NCBI GenBank assembly: GCA_963667845.2 | Contig: CAXXVL010000002.1 | Location: forward strand, 1,632,001-1,696,000 | Direction: 5' to 3' | DNA: 64,000 nt | Source: Smithellaceae bacterium | Lineage (GTDB): Bacteria > Desulfobacterota > Syntrophia > Syntrophales > Smithellaceae | Shown here: positions 57,318-64,000 of the stretch, one piece after another | Layout: each line of letters begins with the position of its first letter | How positions within the stretch are numbered: the stretch's first letter is position 1 | The notes under the pieces: generated by a model | What the model was told of the DNA's origin: nothing | Database searches by the model: none | What the model saw: the letters and a program-made list of their open reading frames with translations, nothing else | Made by a program: the position numbers and the translations under genes

Positions 57318-58159
57318 GCGGAAAAATGAAAGTCAGCCTGGAAGCGAGAAAAAGCCGTTTGCGCCGGCGTCTGATCGGGTCTCTCGGTGAGTCGCTCACC
57401 GCTGTGGGTCTGCTTGTCGCCGCAACGACAACCTGCCTTCTGTTTATTTATGCCTACAGCAGTCTGTTTTGCGCCCGCTATTTTGAGATCAGGGATATCT
57501 CCGTGCGCGGCGTCAAGGAACTGAACGAAAAAGACATCCTGGCCCTGGCCGATATCCGGCCGCGTTCGAATATCCTGGCCGTGAATACGGATGCCGTCGC
57601 CGTCCGCATTGCGGCTAATCCCTGGGTCAAAGCTATTTACGTCGGCCGGGAGTTTCCCGACCGGCTGGTGCTGGATGTGCGTGAGCGCACACCGGTTGCC
57701 CTGGTGAAACAGTCCGGTGACTTTTACCTGATGGATGCGGAAGGCTTCGTCTTCAAAAAGCTGTCGAATGCCGATGAAGTCGACCTGGCCATCCTCACCG
57801 GCGTCAACATTCTGGCCAAGGAAAAGTCCGCGCTGCTGCCCCAGGCGCTGAAGCTGCTGGACATGCTGTCCTCCGCGGACCGCTATGCATTTTTGGGCAC
57901 CATTTCCGAAGTGCATATGGATGAGGTGTTTGGATTATCCATCCTGACGGATAAGGGACTGCATTTAAAACTGGGCCGCGAGAATTTTGCAGGCAAGCTC
58001 AACCAACTCCAGGTCGTCCTGGCGGATCTGGAGAAGCGGGGCATGAAAGACGGTCATCTGTTTGTCGACCTGGCGGATATATCGAAGGTGACGGTTCAGC
58101 GCCATGACGCACTGGGAAAAGCTCAGGAGCAGAAGAAAGGGCCGCAATACAGACTGTAG
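57314..58159 (+). CDS. ftsQ: Cell division protein FtsQ/DivIB
   Basis: TM, POTRA (NPWV, FPD, ERTP), position before ftsA. Confidence 0.9.
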   Translation: MSGKMKVSLEARKSRLRRRLIGSLGESLTAVGLLVAATTTCLLFIYAYSSLFCARYFEIRDISVRGVKELNEKDILALADIRPRSNILAVNTDAVAVRIAANPWVKAIYVGREFPDRLVLDVRERTPVALVKQSGDFYLMDAEGFVFKKLSNADEVDLAILTGVNILAKEKSALLPQALKLLDMLSSADRYAFLGTISEVHMDEVFGLSILTDKGLHLKLGRENFAGKLNQLQVVLADLEKRGMKDGHLFVDLADISKVTVQRHDALGKAQEQKKGPQYRL

Positions 58160-58202
58160 GCTGCAGATCAGTCTCGGGGCGGTTATTCAAAAGGGTGAAC
58201 GT

Positions 58203-59429
58203 ATGGGAAGAAAAAGCAATGTTCTGGTGGGGATCGATATAGGAACGACGAAAACGACGGCGGTTGTCGGCGAGGTGACTGATACCGGCATTGATATTAT
58301 CGGTATGGGTATCTCGCTGGCCAAAGAATTGAGGAAGGGCGGCGTCGTCAATATCGACAACACGGTTGAGGCGATTAAAAAAGCCGTGGAAGACGCCGAA
58401 CACATGTCGGGTTGCCGCATCAATTCCGCGTATGTCGGCATTGCCGGCCCGCACGTCAAGGGACAAAACTCGCTGGGGATTGTCGCCGTCAAGGGCCGGG
58501 AAGTCGGCGAGGATGATGTGCAGCGGGCGATCGAAGCGTCGAAAGCCATTGCCATTCCCGTGGACCGGGAGATTCTGCACACGCTGCCGCAAAACTATGT
58601 GGTCGACGGCCAGGACGGCATTCGCGATCCCGTGGGCATGTCGGGTGTGCGCCTGGAAGCAAAAGTGCATATCGTAACCGGGGCTGCTGCGTCTATTCAG
58701 AATGTGGTGAAATCCGTCAATCGCGTCGGGCTCGACATTGATGATGTCGTTCTGGAACAACTGGCGGCGAGTGAAGCCATCTTGAGCGCCGATGAAAAGG
58801 ACCTGGGCGTCGCCCTGATCGATATCGGCGGATCGACGACGGGCATTGCCATCTTTGCGGAGGGCAGCATTAAGCATACCGCAACTCTGCCCGTGGGCGG
58901 CAACTTTCTCACCTCGGATATCGCCACCGGACTGCGCACGCCGTTTGCGGAAGCGGAAAAAATCAAGTTGAAGTACGGCTGCGCACTGACGTCGATGATT
59001 CCCAAGGAAGAAACCATCGAAGTCCCGAGCGTGGGCGGCCGCGACGCGCGCATGGTGTCGCGGCAGATCCTGGGACGCATTGTCGAGCCCCGGATGGATG
59101 AAATCCTGAACATGGCGCTCAAGGAAATGGTCCGCTCCGGTTACGAAGATCTGCTGGCGGCGGGACTGGTGCTGACCGGCGGCGGGTCGCTCCTGCCGGG
59201 CATCAACGAAATGGCCGAGCAGATTTTCGACATGCCGGTGCGCCGCGGCTATCCGACGGGTGTCGGCGGCCTGAGCGACGTCGCCAATTCGCCGGCGTTT
59301 GCCGTCGGGGTCGGCCTGATTATCTACGGCAGTAAAAATACATCGAGCGATTCCGTCTATCGCAAGACGGGTAACGTTTTCAGTGAATTTTTTAAAACGA
59401 TTAAAAAATGGTTTTTAGAGTTTTTTTAG
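58203..59429 (+). CDS. ftsA: Cell division protein FtsA
   Basis: GIDIGTTK, GMSGVRLE, DIGG, LTGGG, C-terminal amphipathic helix. Confidence 0.97.
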   Translation: MGRKSNVLVGIDIGTTKTTAVVGEVTDTGIDIIGMGISLAKELRKGGVVNIDNTVEAIKKAVEDAEHMSGCRINSAYVGIAGPHVKGQNSLGIVAVKGREVGEDDVQRAIEASKAIAIPVDREILHTLPQNYVVDGQDGIRDPVGMSGVRLEAKVHIVTGAAASIQNVVKSVNRVGLDIDDVVLEQLAASEAILSADEKDLGVALIDIGGSTTGIAIFAEGSIKHTATLPVGGNFLTSDIATGLRTPFAEAEKIKLKYGCALTSMIPKEETIEVPSVGGRDARMVSRQILGRIVEPRMDEILNMALKEMVRSGYEDLLAAGLVLTGGGSLLPGINEMAEQIFDMPVRRGYPTGVGGLSDVANSPAFAVGVGLIIYGSKNTSSDSVYRKTGNVFSEFFKTIKKWFLEFF

Positions 59430-59447
59430 ACAAAAAAGGGGGTGCGC

Positions 59448-60599
59448 ATGTTTGAATTAACAGAAGTCTGCATCGAAAATTCGGCGAGAATCAAAGTAGT
59501 AGGTGCGGGAGGGGGCGGCGGAAACGCCGTCAATACGATGATTTCATATTCGCTCCGGGGCGTCGATTTTATTATTGCCAACACGGACGCCCAGGCGCTA
59601 GGTGCGTCGGCCGCGCCCAACAAAATCCAGATCGGGGCCGAAGTCACCAAGGGCTTGGGCGCCGGTTCCAATCCCGACATCGGCCGGCAGTCGGCCCTGG
59701 AATCCCGCGATGAAATCCGCCGTCATCTGGAGGGCGCGGATATGATTTTCATCACGGCCGGCCTGGGCGGCGGCACCGGGACGGGCGCAGCGCCTGTCAT
59801 TGCGGAAGTCGCCCGTGAGTGCGGTGCACTGACCGTCGCCGTGGTGACCAAACCGTTTCAGTTTGAAGGCAAGAAAAGAAATTCACAGGCCGAGGACGGT
59901 ATTATCCAGCTGCGCGACGTCGTGGACACCCTGATCGTCGTGCCCAACCAGCGGCTCCTGAGCCTGGGCGGGCGCGGGCTGTCGCTTCTGGACGCGTTCA
60001 AGAAAGCGGATGATATCCTCTATCAGGCCGTGAAAGGCATCTCCGATCTGATCATTGTTCCGGGGCTGATCAATCTCGATTTCGCCGACGTGAAAAACAT
60101 TATGAGCAACATGGGCATGGCGCTCATGGGCACCGGCACGGCCAGCGGCGAGAACCGCGCTATTGAAGCCGCGCAGCGGGCCATCTCCTCGCCGCTCCTG
60201 GAAGACAACACGATCCAGGGTGCGCAGGGCATTCTGCTCAGCATCACCGGCGGGCCGGACATGAGCCTCTACGAAGTCAATGAGGCTTCATCGCTCATCC
60301 AGTCCGAGGCGCACGAAGACGCCAATATTATTTTCGGGACGGTGATTGATGAGAACATGAAGGACGAGATCAGGATCACGGTGATCGCGACCGGCTTTGA
60401 GGATGCCATGAAAAAGAAGCAAGCGCCGTCGAACGTCGCCCACCTGGGCGGTTTCCGGAAAGAGGACCTTTCGACGCCCGCTTTCATGCGCCGGGAAAAA
60501 TCGCGCGATCAGGCCAACGTTCTGACGATGGGGCTGAATGATGAAAGCGAACACGTCGATATCGAAATTCCGACATTTCTGCGCCGGCAGGCGGACTAA
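59448..60599 (+). CDS. ftsZ: Cell division protein FtsZ
   Basis: [30 protein letters not shown]. Confidence 0.98.
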   Translation: MFELTEVCIENSARIKVVGAGGGGGNAVNTMISYSLRGVDFIIANTDAQALGASAAPNKIQIGAEVTKGLGAGSNPDIGRQSALESRDEIRRHLEGADMIFITAGLGGGTGTGAAPVIAEVARECGALTVAVVTKPFQFEGKKRNSQAEDGIIQLRDVVDTLIVVPNQRLLSLGGRGLSLLDAFKKADDILYQAVKGISDLIIVPGLINLDFADVKNIMSNMGMALMGTGTASGENRAIEAAQRAISSPLLEDNTIQGAQGILLSITGGPDMSLYEVNEASSLIQSEAHEDANIIFGTVIDENMKDEIRITVIATGFEDAMKKKQAPSNVAHLGGFRKEDLSTPAFMRREKSRDQANVLTMGLNDESEHVDIEIPTFLRRQAD

Positions 60600-60655
60600 T
60601 CAGGTGTTTGTGGCCCTCCGACCGGACGAAAAAAGGCGGAGGCCATGACCGACCC

Positions 60656-62350
60656 ATGAACTGGAAAGAGAAAAAAAAATACGAAGCCCTTTTGGCGCGC
60701 GAACAGGGTTTCAAAAAAAAAGTCTGGGGAACCTGCCACACGGTTTGCCTGGCCTATCCCAACGTATACCGGATCGGCATGGCCAACCTCGGATTCCAGA
60801 CGGTTTACAAGATATTTAACGCGCTCCCTTCCTTTCTTTGTGAAAGAGTGTTTCTGCCCGCCGGCGACGACGCCGAATTCGCCGCCGGCGCGGCAGGAAC
60901 GGTTTCTCTGGAAAACCGCAAACCCCTCAGCGATTTTGACATTCTGGCTTTTTCCGTTTCTTTTGAAAACGATTACCCGTCGATTTTAAAGATTCTTGAT
61001 CTGGGCGGCATACCGCTCAAGGCGAAGGACCGTGACGGCAGTCAGCCGCTGGTGATCGGCGGCGGCATTGCACTCACGCTGAATCCGGAGCCGCTGGCCG
61101 AATTTTTTGACGCCTTTATTTTAGGTGAAGCAGAAGACGTTCTGCCCAGGTTCGCCGGTGTTTATTCCGAAGCGCAGCGGACCGGCCTTGATCGCAAAGC
61201 CCTGCTTGTCCGGCTGCAAAAACAAATACCGGGGCTTTATGTTCCGCAGCTTTATGCGGTGCATTATTTTCCCGAAGGAAAGATTCGGGACATACTCCCG
61301 AAAGAAGAGGGGCTGCCCGATAAGATTCGAATTTCCCCGGTCAAAGATATCAGCGCTTTTTCCACGGCCGAAGTGGTGAGCACCCCTGATTCCGAAATGG
61401 CCGACATGTTCCTCGTGGAAGTCAATCGCGGCTGCCCGCATTTCTGCCGCTTTTGCGCCGCTGCCTATGTCTATGCGCCGCCCAGGTTCCGCAGCTATGA
61501 AGAAATTATTTCGGTCATTGATCACGGCCTCACGTTGAAAAGTAAGATCGGTCTGGTCGGGACGGCGGTCTCCGATCATCCGGATCTGGTAAATATCTGC
61601 CGCTATATTGTGGAGCAAGGCGCGCAGGCCGGCGTCGGTTCGCTGCGAATCGATCAGATTGACGAAACGATGGTGGATGTGCTTGGGGCCTGCGGCATCG
61701 AGACGGTCGCGCTGGCGCCGGAAGCCGGATCGCAGCGGCTGCGCGATCTGCTGCGCAAAGGCATCACAACGGATGATATTCTGCGGGCGGTTCGGCTCCT
61801 GATCGAAAAGGACATCTCCCATCTCCGGCTGTACTTCATGGTGGGGCTGCCCACGGAAACAGATGAAGACATCGATGCCATTATCGATCTTGCCAAAAAG
61901 ATCCAGCACACGGCGTTTAGCCACACGGAAGGCAAAAAGAAGTTCCGGCGCGTGACGCTGAGCATCAATCAGTTTATTCCCAAACCCCGCACGCCCCTGC
62001 AGTGGTGTGCGCTCGCGGACGTTCAGGACGTGGCGAAGAAGATTAAAAGGATCGTTCATGCCTTTCGGCAAGACAAGCAGATCAATGTCATAGCCGACGT
62101 ACCGAAGTGGAACTACGTGCAGGCGCTCCTGTCGGTGGGTGACCGGCGCGTGGGTGATATTCTGCTGGCCGTCCATCGCCTCAATGGCAACTGGATGCGG
62201 GCGCTCAAAGACATCAATATCAATCCCGACTTCTACGTCTATCGCGAGAAAGATCCGGATGAGTTCCTGCCCTGGGACCTCATCGAAGTCGGCGTCCCGA
62301 AAAAAGCGCTGATCAAGGAATACAAGAAGGCGCTGCCTGACTCCAATTGA
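60656..62350 (+). CDS. Radical SAM protein with B12-binding-like N-terminal domain
   Basis: YPN-Y-IGMANLG, NPEPLA, EVNRGCPHFCRFC, APEAGS, YFMVGLP, PKP-TP-QW, LPWD. Confidence 0.9.
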   Translation: MNWKEKKKYEALLAREQGFKKKVWGTCHTVCLAYPNVYRIGMANLGFQTVYKIFNALPSFLCERVFLPAGDDAEFAAGAAGTVSLENRKPLSDFDILAFSVSFENDYPSILKILDLGGIPLKAKDRDGSQPLVIGGGIALTLNPEPLAEFFDAFILGEAEDVLPRFAGVYSEAQRTGLDRKALLVRLQKQIPGLYVPQLYAVHYFPEGKIRDILPKEEGLPDKIRISPVKDISAFSTAEVVSTPDSEMADMFLVEVNRGCPHFCRFCAAAYVYAPPRFRSYEEIISVIDHGLTLKSKIGLVGTAVSDHPDLVNICRYIVEQGAQAGVGSLRIDQIDETMVDVLGACGIETVALAPEAGSQRLRDLLRKGITTDDILRAVRLLIEKDISHLRLYFMVGLPTETDEDIDAIIDLAKKIQHTAFSHTEGKKKFRRVTLSINQFIPKPRTPLQWCALADVQDVAKKIKRIVHAFRQDKQINVIADVPKWNYVQALLSVGDRRVGDILLAVHRLNGNWMRALKDININPDFYVYREKDPDEFLPWDLIEVGVPKKALIKEYKKALPDSN

Positions 62351-62372
62351 TATTTCATTCCATTCAATTCTC

Positions 62373-62446
62373 CGTCATTGCGAGCAGACCCTCGGTCTGC
62401 GTGGCAATCTTTTCCGCGCGTCATACCGACTTGATCGGAAATCCAG
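62373..62446. repeat. Two CGTC-tagged REP-like palindromes
   Basis: CGTCATTGCGAGCAGACC-CTC-GGTCTGCGTGGCAATC at 62373 and CGTCATACCGA-CTTGA-TCGGAAATCCAG at 62419. Confidence 0.6.
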
Positions 62447-62460
62447 AAAGTCTATAAGAG

Positions 62461-62638
62461 TGCAGTTGCACCGCGGTGTGCCTTCGCTCAATGTCCTCAA
62501 CTGTGGCGCTAAGCTCATTGCGCGACGGCCAAAAACTCGCTTGCGGCTCAAACAGTTTGGCCATCTGATGCTCCACAACGCCTCACGCCACAACGTTTCG
62601 GCCATAATTCGCTAAAGTCACACCTCGATGCAGCTGCG
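62461..62638. repeat. Long nested imperfect palindrome (REPIN/MITE-like)
   Basis: 62461-62482 pairs with 62617-62638 (17/22 Watson-Crick); TGTGGCG/CGCCACA; GGCCAAA/TTTGGCC. Confidence 0.6.
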
Positions 62639-62820
62639 GATTCGTCAATTTAGACGTACGCACAAGATGGAGGAAGTTAATAAGGAAACAGCGTCCCTGT
62701 GTCCGCTCGGAACAGTGCGTTTTTGCTTCTTTCTGTATTGAGCAAAAAGCCACGAGTCTGCTGGTCTTCAATCCGTTATCGATGATGTCATTCCCCATAC
62801 AATTATGATATGGACGAATT

Positions 62821-62920
62821 GTCTGTGAGGGGCCGGAGCCAACGGATACATCGTGGATAATGTGGCACCGCCGGTAAACAGGGAGGAAACGAACCTCGAC
62901 CCGATTACTTTTGTATCTGA
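62821..62920 (+). mobile_element. Possible degraded group II intron 3' end (domain V 3' strand plus domain VI)
   Basis: TCTGTGAGGGG-CCGG start, GTGGCACCGCCGG-AAAC, CTCGACC; GATACA/TGTATC pairing; no RT ORF; recognised by eye. Confidence 0.4.
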
Positions 62921-62935
62921 GGAAGGTAGCGTTAT

Positions 62936-64000
62936 ATGAAAAGATTAATCTTAAAGGAGATTACTCCGGCGTGTCTCCTTTCAGCAAGGAGCGAACCTAA
63001 GAGGCGTATTGTTTTGATAATCTCCGCAAGCCTTCTCCTGCTTGTGAGTGTCATGATTACGGGGTGTTTCAATTTCACTAAAACTACACCTCTGCATGAT
63101 GCAGTATTTAATGGCGATATAGGAACAGCCAGAGAACTCCTTGAAAGGGGTGCTAATATAGAGGCAGGTACTTCTTCAGATCCGGGTTACAGTCCATTAA
63201 CGTATGCTGGTTACGCAAATGCGCCACTTGAGGTTGTAAAACTTCTTGTTGAGAGGGGTGCAAACGTAAACGCTACTTCTAGGTGGGGTGAAACTCCATT
63301 GGCTGCTTCAGCGCTCCATCACCGCAGGGATATCGCAACATATTTGGTTAATAAAGGTGCGGATATTGACAAGGCGATTGTTTTCTTAGACAGACAACGC
63401 AGGCAGGAGGCCGTGGAATTTCTTTATGGATTAAAAAGGGAAATGACGGACTCTAATCAGCCCAAACCGGTGAAAACCGCAGCCTTGGTCAAATCGTTTC
63501 CGGCAATCAAATCCGATGTCGATGATCTTCCGGCAATCAAGGCCAAGGCGAATAAAAACGCGTACTCCATTGTGATTGGCATCGAGCAGTATCGCCAGAA
63601 GCTCCCCAATGCTGATTATGCGACGCAGGACGCGAAGACCATGACGGAATACCTTACAAAGGTTATGGGCTATCCGGAGGAGAATGTTGTAACTCTTTTG
63701 AATGAAAATGCAACCAATGTAGATCTTGCGAAATACTTTGAGAAATGGCTTCCTAACAACGTCGAAAGAAATGGCACGGTCTTCATCTACTATTCAGGAC
63801 ACGGTGCACCAAATGCAAAGACAGGGGACGCCTATCTTGTGCCGTATGACGGGGACCCGTCCTTTATTGAGCAGACCGGATACCCCCTGAAGAAACTCTA
63901 TGAATCCCTGAGCAAACTCCCGGCTAAAGAAATCATTGTCGCGCTGGATTCCTGTTTTTCCGGAGGGGGTGGAAGATCGGTTATTGCCAAGGGCGCGAGG
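62936..64000 (+). CDS. Lipoprotein with ankyrin repeats and caspase-family (peptidase C14) domain, 3' truncated by window
   Basis: My translation, open to window end: ITGC lipobox; TPLHDAVFNG..LLERGAN, SPLTYA..LLVERGANVN, GETPLAA..LVNKGAD; IVIGIEQY, YYSGHG, ALDSCFSG. Confidence 0.9.
   Translation, partial: MKRLILKEITPACLLSARSEPKRRIVLIISASLLLLVSVMITGCFNFTKTTPLHDAVFNGDIGTARELLERGANIEAGTSSDPGYSPLTYAGYANAPLEVVKLLVERGANVNATSRWGETPLAASALHHRRDIATYLVNKGADIDKAIVFLDRQRRQEAVEFLYGLKREMTDSNQPKPVKTAALVKSFPAIKSDVDDLPAIKAKANKNAYSIVIGIEQYRQKLPNADYATQDAKTMTEYLTKVMGYPEENVVTLLNENATNVDLAKYFEKWLPNNVERNGTVFIYYSGHGAPNAKTGDAYLVPYDGDPSFIEQTGYPLKKLYESLSKLPAKEIIVALDSCFSGGGGRSVIAKGAR

Noticed and set aside
62351..62935. 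CRISPR array in the repeat-rich spacer
   Set aside because: No regularly spaced direct repeats and no cas genes
63511..63527. SDVD as a caspase-3-like self-cleavage site
   Set aside because: Asp residues in QDA and LDSC point to a metacaspase-type acidic pocket preferring Arg/Lys, so Asp cleavage is unsupported

Overview
This 64 kb window looks like chromosome from an anaerobic deltaproteobacterium (Desulfobacterota). A Smithella/Syntrophales-like origin is my inference from gene content and order. Most of it is core housekeeping: 3' end of a phoR-like kinase, folC-lptD, rplM-rpsI-argC-cysS, ctpA-polysaccharide deacetylase-TPR-LolB-like lipoprotein, a complete tolQRA-tolB-pal-cpoB operon, the EF-P beta-lysylation cluster (epmB-like KamA, efp, epmA), selB with a YhaM-like HD nuclease, ruvX-mltG, and the dcw cluster from mraZ to ftsZ. 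The dcw cluster has a MurE-MurF fusion and no ddl. Accessory patches hold an acyl-CoA dehydrogenase, a Tat-exported amidohydrolase, a LytS-5TM/PP2C phosphatase, a repeat-rich surface lipoprotein, and a frameshifted hybrid kinase with unusually Cys-rich PAS repeats. At the right edge is an ankyrin-plus-caspase(C14) lipoprotein that the ORF track missed. Intergenic DNA holds a MITE-like element between efp and epmA, CGTC-type REPs, a long nested palindrome, an SDR pseudogene remnant, and possible group II intron and IS200/IS605 end remnants. I saw no tRNA, rRNA or CRISPR array. No complete new multi-gene system is demonstrable here; the best leads are the ankyrin-caspase lipoprotein locus and the Cys-rich PAS kinase.
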